From Selaginella moellendorffii (Eukaryota; Plantae; Lycopodiophyta): a stretch of 64,000 bases of DNA. Shown here piece by piece: positions 51,350 to 62,400 of this stretch. The stretch covers positions 758,642-822,641 of the forward strand of contig NW_003314288.1 in the NCBI RefSeq assembly GCF_000143415.4. Direction: 5' to 3'. The position numbers were made by a program, and so were the translations under genes. The notes beneath the pieces were generated by a model. The model had not been told where the DNA came from, made no database searches, and saw only the letters and a program-made list of their open reading frames with translations. Numbering within the stretch: position 1 is the stretch's first letter; every line of letters begins with the position of its first letter.

Positions 51350-52840
51350 ATTGCTAGCTGAGAATCCTTTTGACTATCTCGTTTTGAAGTTTTGGAATGC
51401 TCAAGGAGTCTTTTTCTAACTCAGCAAAAATGTTGCTTCATATGATGGCCGAGGCTAACTATTATCAAACAGTTCTGTTGATAGAGTTATGCAATCTCAT
51501 GTGTGAGGCACTACTTTGATGATGTCCTACGACTAAGGAGGAACATGAGATGCATATGAGGCAAATGCTGCCACTATTGAGGGAGAACAAACTGTATTCT
51601 AAACTGTCAAAGCATGAGTTCTTCTTGGAGGAGATCACCTATCTCGGACATGTGGTGCCATGAGATGGTGTGCAGGAAGATCCTCAAAAGACTCAGATAG
51701 TCGTTGACAGTGGATTCTGTAAGAGTGTCCGTTGATCGAGGACGTGTGTTCTGGTAGAGACGCATTTATTTTGGCCTGGAATGAAGTCAGTTGTTGATAA
51801 GAATGTGCACAGTTGCTAGACCGGCCAGGCAGTCACAATGGATTGTCAGAAGCATGAAGGTCTCTACCATAGTTAACCTCAGCAGAAGTGGGATAGCATT
51901 TTCTATGAATTTTATAGTATGCGCTTCAAGGCAATGATGCTATCTGGGTTGTTGTGGATTGTGTGATGATGTTGGCTCACTTCTTCCTTGTGAAGACGAA
52001 TGCTATGGCTTTTGACCTTGCTCAGCTGTATTTCTCCATGGGCTGCCTAAGGATGCTGTAAGTGATCGGGATCCCATGTTCACTTTGGTGTTTTGGCAGA
52101 TGGTGTTCCAGAAGCTTGAGACAAAGCTGAGCATGAGCATCCACAGTCAGATGGACAAACAAAATGAGTTAATTAGGTGCTGGAAGACATGCTGAGATCA
52201 TTTGTTGGTCATCTGAAGAGGCAAGGTATTTGGAAGAAGTACCTGCCTTTGTTATAACTGTGCCTTCCATTTCGCTATTGAGATGGCTCTGTTTATGGCA
52301 ATGTATGGCTTTCAACCTCGGTCCCCTGTTGGTATGAACTTGGCTTCTCTTAAGGTGCAGCAGGTAAAGGAGTTGGCTGATGAGCATCGTCAGCACAAGC
52401 AGTTTCAGGTTGGAGACAAGGTTTTCCTTCGGTTGTCTGAAGCTCATTGAGCTCTTCAAGGTGGAGGTAGTTCTAAGTTGTCGCCACAGTACTGTGGGCC
52501 TTGGATTATTCTCAAACGAGTTGGAGACCTTGCCTATCAACTAGACTTGCCTAGTGGTGTGAAGATTCATCCTGTTTTCTATGTAGGAAGTTGAAGGCAT
52601 GTTTGCATTCTGGTAATATCTTGGACCAGTCTGCAATCAAGATTCCAGAGATAGATGTTTGAAGGTTGGCCCTACTTGTGTGTTATAGCAACGGCTAGCG
52701 TGCACACATAGTAAGACTTGGAGAGAGTTACTTGTTCAGTGGAATTGTTATTCTCCATATGATGCTACATGGGAAGCTGAGGATGATGTTGTTTCCTAAT
52801 TTTGAGTATGACTTGGATGACATTCCAGAGGAAGAGGGGA
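51350..52840 (+). mobile_element. Fragmentary chromovirus pol (RT end, INT, chromodomain) ending at a PPT
   Basis: KLYSKLSKHEF, WVVVD, VSDRDPMFT, QYCGPW..LKRVGDLAYQLDLP, LVQWNCYSPYDATWE; gaggaagagggga at ~52828. Confidence 0.75.
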
Positions 52841-52849
52841 AGTAGTCGC

Positions 52850-54480
52850 TTGCTCCTATCCTTTCTTTCTTTTCTGACCCCGTTGATGGCTGGAGGTGTT
52901 GTGTCACGTGAGACAGTTAGTGTTTTTGTTAGCGGGATGCTTTGCTAGCTTCTCTCTCCTCAGCTACTGTTCACATAGTTGGAGCAGAGGGAAAAATGTC
53001 ACCGTATTTCGTGATGAACCAGCTGATTCTGGACCTAGGTCTCTGATCAAAGAGCCAAATACCAACTGCAAATTTGCATGTGAAGAGGTGTTCAAGCATC
53101 TCCACGGGGTTTTCATTGCATAGAATACACAGAGTTTTGTGAACTGTGAGCCAATCACCAACAGGGATGCTGTCCTGCACAAGAAGCCAGCTTACCTTAG
53201 CTTCCACCAGTGTCTTCCACATGTTCACAATGTACTTCCGATTCTTCAACTTCTGCATAAGCCTGGTGTCAATTTATCCATCAAAAGCTCTCTGCCATGC
53301 TTAGACCTGTACATAAAAAAAGACACACTGAACTCATTACCTTCCCAGGATAACTGAGCCGGATCCTATACCTAGAATAATATAGGTCCCTCACAAACTA
53401 GTGTATTGTAGAGCATTCTCCCAGTTGAACCTTTAGTTCAGTCCAGTGTATTTCCCTCTCTGATGTATCGTCCTGATCCTTTTACCGAAGGCCATCCTGG
53501 GAACTGGGACCTCCTCGGGAACTATACATGGAAACAGTGCACCACTGTTATGGGGATAAAAAACAATACCTTGAGGTGATGGGGTTGTTTCCATAACAAA
53601 GATGATTTGAGTCTCAGCACCATCAAGCATTATCCAATCACGAACCTCAATAACTTAAGTTTGTAAAGCAAGATGAAGGCGATCACAAGCGATGCTGCCT
53701 TAAGCTTTGATGTGGAGTTTTCATCCTGTGTTGTAATGGGTTGTCATGAGGCCATCCGATGAGCAGGGTTTGCTCCAAGCGGACTTTAAACAAATACCTG
53801 ACTTTACCTTTTTCATTGTATCATACCTTGTCCACTGCTGAGGAAGAAAAACAAGATCCCAACAAGAACTTTGCTGTAAGTGATGGCTTGCTAGCTCTTT
53901 GTAGATCCAATAAGTCTTTGATCGAAGCTCCCACATTTCTATGCCACCTAGGCCAAAGACCTCTACCCAAGCCTGGAGCTGAACAGTCACCTATATACTG
54001 TTGATTACTGTTCTTATGCGCTACTTTGAAGAACAAGCGATCAGCTAATGCCTCTGTCAGATGGTCTGGTTCTTTCTGACTTAACCTGGGTAGGAGTGTG
54101 ACTTCCATATCTTCAACATCTCTTTTTCTATTCCATCCTGGACCTTCTTTGTGTTGAGAGGAGCAGTGCCAATCGATTCCTTGTTTCTAGTTACCACCTT
54201 GTCTAGGCAAGATCTTCAGTTTCATGGATATAAACCTGACACAATCACTCTGAAGAGAAGAGCTTTGGATTGAATTCCTGGGTGTGGCACATTCCGAATA
54301 ACTGAATTCCACTCTACTTTTGCCCAGACTTTGCACCCGCTGGAGTTTCTAAAGTTTCTACATATGTCTTTGGAGATCAAGTGTTGGTGAGTTATCGGGT
54401 GTTGTGGATCCAAGGTTTTTGCTGTGTAGGTCCTTATCACATCGTCCAACAAGTTGGTCCACAAATCTATGTGGGGCACT
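52850..54480 (-). mobile_element. 3' fragment of an L1-like non-LTR retrotransposon (zf-RVT region)
   Basis: WKTLVEAKVSWLLVQDSIPVGDW...CILCNENPVEMLEHLFTCKFAVGIW (ORF 52971-53258); A-rich 3' tail on the minus strand near 52860-52875. Confidence 0.75.
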
Positions 54481-55249
54481 CAATGCACAACGTCAAGAGA
54501 AGATCCATGTGAAGCAGTTAGCTCGATATTGTGTGTGAACGGATTGATGTAAGGATTCTACCATATATTCTATGGTAGATATAGATAAACTCAACAAGAT
54601 TGTATTTAACAAGAGTAGGAGTGAGGTGTTATCATATTATGAATCCCACAAGATCAAGAGTGAGAGGTGTTAATCACATTTTTTATATGCTCCATATGAT
54701 CCTGAGGTTTAGGGATATGAGGGGAAAAAAAGAATTAATTGGAGTGAAAATGCGTTATTGTTATTGTGAAATTAGAGTATAAATGTGACGAGCTAAGAGT
54801 AAAAACGTGATGTAGCAGCTTAAAAAAGGGAAGTAGGAATGCTCGGATGGAGTTCCACCAGGTAGAAAAGATAAGTCATACCTCAAGCCTCAGATTGCTC
54901 CCAACCCCCTGCCTCCACCCGGTTGCCTACTTTAACCAAGCCCCGAACCACCCAGCAGCCTTGGCGCACAGGGATGACATCAGCCCTGACCTCTTGCTCC
55001 ACTGCTCCTACTTCTGAGCTGCTAGCAGCTTCTCCCCCCCTTAAGAAAAAAGGTCTGTTGTTCTCTTGGAGTTCAAGAGGCATCCTCTTCACCATCTCCT
55101 CTGTTTTTGCTAGCTAGTTAGCTCTTACAAGAAGGAGCACAAGCCAAGTTCAGCTCCATGCTCAGCTCTATCATCTCCTCTTTAAGACACCTCACCTCTT
55201 TGAAGCCATTCAGGAGAGCTAGCACGCTTCACGTCTAGACGTCCCCCCT

Positions 55250-56515
55250 ATTTTTGTTTTGCGATTGTCTCTTCAAACTCATCATACTTATTTAACTCAC
55301 CAAACCTTACCAAGCCGAGAGCAGGTTTTGAAACCCCATGAGTCACCTTGGCCTTTTTCCATCTTCCAGTTGAGCTCTCCAACAATCGTGACGTGCGGAT
55401 GCGTGCAAACTGCTCCTTGAGCCAGGACCATTTCTCCAGGAGATAACTTATGCTACAACACTCTCCGCTCGACGATCCAATGTGGAAAGATCCACAAAGC
55501 TGTCCCACTCATCATAGTTGTAGAAGAAATCATCCTCATACTGCATCTGCAACCTTGCTCGAGCCCAAGCCTCCGCCATTGCAAGCTTCTCCCTCATCTT
55601 GATCAGCTCACACTTGAGGCGGCAAAACAAGTCCAGGTCCTGAGGAACAACAATGGAATACACCTTTCCTGGGTATCTGTCTCGAAACCTGTGAAAGTAC
55701 AGTGGACGATGTGGTGTTTCAGATCGCAGCGGAATGATAACTTGATGAAAGCAACAAAACCATCAAGCTCGCTCTTTGGGGATCAATTATCATCTCGTCC
55801 TTTGAAGCAATGAGCAGCAGGCCTTGATCGCATCCAGAAGTACTAGAGATAGTCTGCAAAAGCAAGTTTGACACCATTTATTTTGGCAACACAGAAGAAA
55901 AATAAACTCAAGTTTCAAAATTTAGAGATGCATACAATCCAAATCAAGATCAATCTTCCACGAACTTAATGCCGCTTTCAGCACCTCCAAGCTCTGTTGA
56001 AAAACGTAGCCACGGTATGCCACAATCGTTCGCTTGAAAATCTGAAGATGTCAATCGAAGCATGCAAGCAAAAACATAAAGTAAAGAAGCGCAGGTGGAC
56101 AACAAAGGAGATGAACTGAGCGAGGCCAAGAACACATATAAGGACTGAATGTAAGCATGTGAGGCCTTGCGCGGTTTTTTCCTCTGTGTGTGGCTTCATG
56201 TGCGAAGAGTTTGGTGTGGTAAGGTATGTTGCGGAGCAGCCAGAAGCCCAGGGTGAATATAAGTACATGAGGCCTTGTGAGGTTTTACCACCGCCCGAGG
56301 ACTCCTGTGCATGGGCCCCGGGCGAGAGTCATTTGCGAAAGTGTTCTGCATGAAACTGGTACCCTGAGGCTTCTGGCCGTGTCACCCCATGAAGAGCATT
56401 TTTTATTTAATTTGTGTAGAGTGTGGTTTATTTTTGCATATTGAGTGTATCGATATCTTTTAGTTAGCAGATTATATTGAAGAACTGAAGACTACCTACA
56501 GTTAAGTGCATGTAG
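55250..56515 (-). pseudogene. Gene-like sequence of unknown function (duplicated at 36765-37752)
   Basis: Codon-like segments (LDLFCRLKCELIKMREKLAMAEAWARARLQMQYEDDFFY) separated by intron-like tracts; no family recognised. Confidence 0.3.
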
Positions 56516-57419
56516 CAACAGATTATATAAAAAATGAATGCAGAGAATAATGCAGCCGTCCGATCCCGGGCCCGGGGCAGCCTCCGAAGCCATGGTTCTC
56601 GGCAAGGGGAGGCCAGCCTAGGCTCGGGCCAGGGCCAATGGCCATGGTTAGCGAGAATATCGGCTCAATGTTGTGGCGGCCAATGGGCGGGATGCACACG
56701 TGGGGCACTCCTAGGGCTCCATGGCTGCTCTGCTTGGACATGGTTGTGTGGGCATTCCCGTGAGAGCCTGTGCGTGGTAAGTAACAGGGGTGAGTAGAAT
56801 GGTAGTCGGGCACACAGTCCAGGCTCCTCTCGGGATCAACGCAGGACTGTGAGAGGTAAATTGGCTCATCTCCAACTCAGCAAAGCTTTGATCCCTGTTC
56901 GCCACTGCCTCAAGAGCTCTTTGGCCTACAGGAAAGCAATTATCAAGGACACTCCCTCTTCATCCCCGGATTCTCTCGAGGAATCCCTTGCTGCTCGGCC
57001 TGGTGAGGGATTGTTGTTTCAGTACATGCTCGGGATCTACTCCGTTTGTAGGAACCAGGTGTTTCGAGTTGACGTAAGGCTGTCGAGTGGCTGCGCCAGC
57101 CAACACTGCTCCTGAAGTTTTGGAAATCCGACATGGCACTGATGTCTAGAGAAGGAGAAGGAGAAGGCGCCACCCGCAAGCATCACCTGGTTTAGCTTCG
57201 TTTTTAGATCGAGGTAAGTTGTAAGTTTGAATATCTTTGTATTCTATGATGTGTAGCAACTGTTGGGAAAGGATGGGAAAGCTGGCATCAATCGGTTTGT
57301 TGCGGTAGCCCATGGATAAAACTGTAGTCCATGGACAGATGTATGACATTATAGTCGGCACTCCAGAATCAATCCTAAGATAAATTTGTTTAGAATGATC
57401 ATGTTAAAATAAAATGTAA

Positions 57420-57504
57420 GGGATGGTGGCGCAGTTGGTCAGCGCGTAGGTCTCATAGCTGCTGAGAAATCCTGAGGTCGAGAGTTCGAGCCTCTCTCAT
57501 CCCA
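57420..57504 (+). tRNA. Elongator tRNA-Met(CAT) with 11-nt intron (57458-57468)
   Basis: GGGATGG/TCATCCC acceptor stem, TGGCGCAGTTGG A box, CAT anticodon 57454-57456, GTTCGAGCC B box, followed by a T-run; matches the plant intron-containing tRNA-Met pattern. Confidence 0.95.
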
Positions 57505-57559
57505 TTGTTTTCAAGTTTGGTCTGAAAAGAAACTTGGATCATTAACGATGTGTTAAGTT

Positions 57560-58330
57560 CAAACAAAAACGAACAAAATTCGTCAAGCCTGCAAATGATG
57601 GAACTGGCTGAGGAGAAAAGCATACACACATGCATCAGGTCAACTCCAAATTAAGAAGAAATATTACATTAGTTGGAGAGCTTTCAAGCCTAATGTTCCA
57701 GTAAAAGCGCTATCATTGATGTGTCTGTAAATGAAACAAAACTTGAGTGCAAAGTAGTTACCATATTAGCTATTTACATTTCAAAGAGGGTTGATATCCG
57801 CCCCAAACTGCTCGGCAGTGATCCAGCAAATCGATATTTGTCAAGTCTCCTGAAAATACACTATTACACAAGATCGTATTCTAGCATATTAGCTATTTAC
57901 ATTTCAAAGAGGGTTGATATCCGCCCCAAACTGCTTGGCAGTGATCCAGCAAATCGATTTTTGTCAAGTCTCCTGAAATTACACTATTACACAAGATCGT
58001 ATTCTAGCCATCAATGACTTACATGATGGTCAGCTTGGAAAAGTTTCCAATTTCATCGGGAACTTCTCCAGAGAAGCCATTATTGTCCAGTAACCAGAAG
58101 GACAACATGTCCAAAAACCTCCAAGAAAATGAGAAAGATACATACAAATGCTTGAGTTCAGGTAAGAAACATATTTCTGGCGCATCCACCTCTTTGTAAA
58201 CCACCCAGCATTTGCTGGGCAAGTACTCGTAATAATCATAAAAACATGATGTTCATCCAGTTAGAAGATTGTCTGAAAATTATGCATGCACTGATTCTTC
58301 AGCTCTTGAGCAACTGATTGCTGCTGGCTC
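57560..58330 (-). pseudogene. Fragment of an LRR receptor-like gene (one LRR per 72-nt exon)
   Basis: Exons read PEICFLPELKHL, LLDNNGFSGEVPDEIGNFSKLTIM, RLDK(N/Y)RFAGSLPSSLGRISTLFEM twice, then a shortened exon; no TM or kinase part. Confidence 0.7.
57762..58007. repeat. Two tandem 123-bp copies (72-nt LRR exon + 51-nt intron)
   Basis: catattagctatttacatttc...cgtattctag starts at 57762 and again at 57885. Confidence 0.95.
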
Positions 58331-58546
58331 ACTTTCTATATATATCAAAGAGATTTTTTTTTAACAATAAACATCCAAGCTGCTGCAGTTAAGCTGTGAC
58401 ATTTTAAAGTTTGAAAAGCAAAAGAATTAGAAAAAGAAAAAACAGAAAACACGAGCTTTTTACTGCTACAGTTAAGTACTAACAAATCGGGATTTCTAGG
58501 GTATGCGTGCGGCGCTAGGGTTTGTGTGGTGTGTGTGTCATTTCTC

Positions 58547-61500
58547 ATGGAGTGGAAAACGTTTTTCAGGGATCCCACTTTCTGGTGGGACAACAGGTTC
58601 AAGAAGAAAAACAAGTTCTTCTCAGAGTCCTACCCGGATTTCAAACATGTTTCTACCGGAGAGAGCCTGTGGATCGCCAACAGGAAAACACCAACCTGGG
58701 TCTCTGCAAAACTCGAGTCGCTCGCTGACCCAGCTGTAGGTAAGGCCGCCACGGCCCGCTACAAATCTCCACATACCCCACCTGTAGCTGGTGATGAACC
58801 GGTGAGTTTAGGGAGGCTGATACACCGCGTGAGAGACTCAGCTGAGAGCAGATCCCTTTCTTTGGGAAAACAAGCCCATGAAGCTGTGCTCAAGAGTGAT
58901 GAGCACAAAAGCAACATCTACTTGTTGACGGGATTGATCGATATGTACTGCAAGTGTGGCGAGCTTGAGGAGGCTCGCAAGATTTTCGACTCCATGGGAA
59001 CCCGGAGTCTTGTGTCCTACAACACGATCATCCAGGGCTGCGGCTCGAACGGGCAAGCTGAACTTGCTCTGGAGTACTACTCTGCCCTGAGAGCTTGTAC
59101 CACCATTCAACCCAACGATTGGACACATGTCGCGGTGATCAGCGCCTGCTCCAGACTTGCTACCGAATCCAGCGAGAAGAGGGAGAGAGCTCTACGCATC
59201 GGGATGGAGATCCATTCAATGCTGAGCAAGGAGAAGAAACAGGTAGATCTGTTCGTGGCGACTTGCCTGGTAGACATGTACTGCAAGTGTGGCGAGCTTG
59301 AGGAGGCTCGCAAGATTTTCCACTCCATGGGAACTCGGAGTGTTGTGTCCTACACCGCGATCATCCAGGGCTGCAACACGAACGGGCGAGCTGAACTTGC
59401 TCTGGAATACTACTCTGCCCTGAGAGCTTGTACCACCATTCAACCCAACGATCGGGCTCATGTCGCGGTGATCAGCGCCTGCTCCAGACTTGCTACCGAA
59501 TCCAGCGAGAAGAGGGAGAGAGCTCTACGCATCGGGATGGAGATCCATTCAATGCTGAGCAAGGAGAAGAAACAGGTAGATCTGTTCGTGGCGACTTGCC
59601 TGGTAGACATGTACTGCAAGTGTGGCGAGCTTGAGGAGGCTCGCAAGATTTTCCACTCCATGGGAACTCGGAGTGTTGTGTCCTACAACGCAATCATCCA
59701 CGGCTGCGGCTCGAACGGGCAAGCTGAACTTGCTCTGGAGTACTACTCTGCCCTGAGAGCTGATAACACCATTCAACCCGACAATCGGACTCATGTCGTG
59801 GTGATCAGCGCCTGCTCCAGACTTGCTACCGAATCCAGCGAGAAGAGGGAGAGAGCTCTACGCATCGGGATGGAGATCCATTCAATGCTGAGCAAGGAGA
59901 AGAAACAGGTAGATCTGTTCGTGGCGACTTGCCTGGTAGACATGTACTGCAAGTGTGGCGAGCTTGAGGAGGCTCGCAAGATTTTCCACTCCATGGGAAC
60001 TCGGAGTGTTGTGTCCTACACCGCGATCATCCAGGGCTGCAACACGAACGGGCGAGCTGAACTTGCTCTGGAGTACTACTCTGCCCTGAGAGCTGATAAC
60101 ACCATTCAACCCGACGATTGGACTCATGTCGTGGTGATCAGCGCCTGCTCCACACTTGCTACCGAATCCAGCGAGAAGAGGGAGAGAGCTCTACGCATCG
60201 GGATGGAGATCCATTCAATGCTGAGCAAGGAGAAGAAACAGCTAGATCTGTTCGTGGCGAATTGCCTGGTAGACATGTACTGCAAGTGTGGCGAGCTTGA
60301 GGAGGCTCGCAAGATTTTCAACTCCATGGGAACTCGGAGTGTTGTGTCCTACACTGCGATCATCCAGGGCTGCAACACGAACGGGCGAGCTGAACTTGCT
60401 CTGGAGTACTACTCTGCCCTGAGAGCTGATAACACCATTCAAGCTGATGCTTGCACCTACACCTGCGTCCTTGTTGCTTGCGGGAGTGTGATGGCGATCA
60501 AGCTCGGGAGGGAGATTCACCAGCTGGCGAAGCATAAAGGGCTGCTGAAAAACAATCCAGTTCTGGGCTCCAGCCTGGTGACCTTCTACGGCAAATGCGG
60601 TGATGTTGATTCTGCTCAGGAAGCGTTTGACGAGTGCCGAGCTCGGGACGACACGGGTCTCTGGAACTCTCTCATACAGGCTTACACTCTCCAGGGCCGA
60701 TCGATCGAGGCCTTGGAGCGTTTCTATTCCATGACTCAGGAGGAGGGCTGTAAAGCTGACGATGTGAGTTTTGTCTCAGTGTTGAACGCTTGCAGCCATG
60801 GTGGTCTGGTGGGGAAAGGAAGGCAGCTTCTGGATGAAATGCCCAAGCAGTATGGAGTCAAGCCACGTCTGGAGCATTATGTGTGCCTGATCGATATGCT
60901 CGGGCGAGCTAACCTCCTCGACGAAGCTGTGAGAGTTCTCAGAGCCATGCCTTTTGAAGCGGATGCAGTGGTTTGGACGTCCCTGCTCGGAGCCTGCCGG
61001 AAGTGGAAGAATTACACGATTGGCAAACTCGCGTTTGAGCGTCTTGTGGAGATGGATCCCAAGAGCGGCACGCCCTACGCATTGATGGCCAATATATTTG
61101 GAAACCTGGGGATGCTCAGTGAAAGGGCCGCTGTTGTGGAGAGAATGAGAGGTGAAGGCAGCTTCAGGGAGCCCGGGAGAAGCTGGTGGACGGATGTTAG
61201 CTCAGGAAAAGTGCATTCTTTTTCTGTCGGGGATAGGAGTCACTCACAGAGCGACGAGATTGCGGCCAAGCTCAAGCAATTGTTGCTGAGAATGAAAGAG
61301 GAGGGGTACGCGAGCGATGTGATCAACATTCTAAAAGACATACCCGAGGAAGATCACCTGTGCGGCCACAGTGAGAAGCTTGCGCTGGGGTGTGCTCTGG
61401 TGAACTCGCACCAGAAGGAGACCATCAGAATCGTGAAAAATCTCCGAGTTTGTGACGATTGCCATGCGGCCACTGCTCTCATCTCTAAGCTGGAAAAAAG

Positions 61501-61576
61501 GCTAATCATCTGCAAAGATGCCAGTCGGGTTCATGTGTTCCAGGATGGCAGATGTTCCTGTGACAACTACTTTTGA
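58547..61576 (+). CDS. PLS-class PPR protein with E1-E2-DYW deaminase (PGxSWW type; organellar C-to-U editing factor) and N-terminal OSB-type PDF motif
   Basis: Uninterrupted ORF (open from 58526, first ATG 58547); ~20 P/L/S motifs; EPGRSWW, HSFSVGDRSH, HSEKLA, KNLRVCDDCH, CSCDNYF; N-terminal WWDNR...PDFKH..TGESLWI. Confidence 0.96.
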   Translation: MEWKTFFRDPTFWWDNRFKKKNKFFSESYPDFKHVSTGESLWIANRKTPTWVSAKLESLADPAVGKAATARYKSPHTPPVAGDEPVSLGRLIHRVRDSAESRSLSLGKQAHEAVLKSDEHKSNIYLLTGLIDMYCKCGELEEARKIFDSMGTRSLVSYNTIIQGCGSNGQAELALEYYSALRACTTIQPNDWTHVAVISACSRLATESSEKRERALRIGMEIHSMLSKEKKQVDLFVATCLVDMYCKCGELEEARKIFHSMGTRSVVSYTAIIQGCNTNGRAELALEYYSALRACTTIQPNDRAHVAVISACSRLATESSEKRERALRIGMEIHSMLSKEKKQVDLFVATCLVDMYCKCGELEEARKIFHSMGTRSVVSYNAIIHGCGSNGQAELALEYYSALRADNTIQPDNRTHVVVISACSRLATESSEKRERALRIGMEIHSMLSKEKKQVDLFVATCLVDMYCKCGELEEARKIFHSMGTRSVVSYTAIIQGCNTNGRAELALEYYSALRADNTIQPDDWTHVVVISACSTLATESSEKRERALRIGMEIHSMLSKEKKQLDLFVANCLVDMYCKCGELEEARKIFNSMGTRSVVSYTAIIQGCNTNGRAELALEYYSALRADNTIQADACTYTCVLVACGSVMAIKLGREIHQLAKHKGLLKNNPVLGSSLVTFYGKCGDVDSAQEAFDECRARDDTGLWNSLIQAYTLQGRSIEALERFYSMTQEEGCKADDVSFVSVLNACSHGGLVGKGRQLLDEMPKQYGVKPRLEHYVCLIDMLGRANLLDEAVRVLRAMPFEADAVVWTSLLGACRKWKNYTIGKLAFERLVEMDPKSGTPYALMANIFGNLGMLSERAAVVERMRGEGSFREPGRSWWTDVSSGKVHSFSVGDRSHSQSDEIAAKLKQLLLRMKEEGYASDVINILKDIPEEDHLCGHSEKLALGCALVNSHQKETIRIVKNLRVCDDCHAATALISKLEKRLIICKDASRVHVFQDGRCSCDNYF
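58943..60442 (+). repeat. ~4.5 near-identical 333-bp tandem units (111 aa: S31+P36+L44) inside the PPR gene
   Basis: atgtactgcaagtgtggcgag recurs at 58943, 59276, 59609, 59942 and 60275. Confidence 0.98.
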
Positions 61577-62400
61577 AAACATGTCAGTGCTCTTTCTTGC
61601 AGTTATCCCTGGTTTTAAACCCTCCGTGAGTCAAGCAGAAACATGGGCCGCTGAGTGAGCATGCCTCGTCAAAGTACCGCCGCCAACCTGAACTTCACGG
61701 AGAAAAAACTTAACATTTAAAAGTTAAAACTATGCAAAACGTTGTCTTAAATTTAAATTTCTTTTTGGTAAGGAATGCTGACTAAACCTGGCAACAGGTG
61801 CCCCAAAACGGAGCGCCCAGATTCAGATAATAAGCCTTAGTATGAAGACTTGCCAGTACCCAAACTCTTTGCTGATAGCAAGTACCGCTTCATGTTCCGG
61901 GAGCAAGGTGATGGCGGCTTGCGGCATGACCAACTTTGGGTTTGTGCTCCTAGAGCACGTTGAAGACGTGTGGAAGCTGGTGACGACGGCATTTGTTTCT
62001 TGCGACATACTCACCAGTTCCTTGGCAACGTCTTCCTTCCAGATTTTTTGAGCTTGTCGTGAGTGGTGACCTGCTTGCTCTCTCCTGTGACGACTTCTTC
62101 CAGCCTCTGGTGCCCAACCTCAAGGCTCTCTTGTGGATGGAGCTAGCCCTACACAGTGTGTGTGTGTGTACCAACCAGCAGATGCACAAATCGTTGAGAA
62201 TTAGCAACAAGTGTGTATCATAGGCTTAGTACGTAGTGTACTAGTGTACATGTACATGTGTTTCAGCTAAATATAATGGGACAAATACACCGAAGAAGTG
62301 TGTATAAGAAGAGTAGAAACAAATTAAGAAATGTAAATTAAGAAGTGCAAAAGAAATGAAAATAAAAATTGTCCATCCTCATCAGTTTGCTGAAATTAAG

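Noticed and set aside
54548-55240. Possible LTR start (tgtaagg..., hairpin tctaccata/tatggtaga) and gag-like minus-strand text
   Set aside because: No partner LTR, PBS or diagnostic motif found.
56530-57360. Several 60-96 aa ORFs in GC-richer DNA
   Set aside because: No recognisable domain or consistent exon structure.
58943-60442. Regular long repeats as a CRISPR-like array
   Set aside because: Units are contiguous in-frame coding repeats (111 aa) with no unique spacers; eukaryotic PPR gene.
61170-61576. U-to-C (DYW:KP-type) editing domain
   Set aside because: Has PGxSWW and canonical HSE, not the KP/HAE-type signature.
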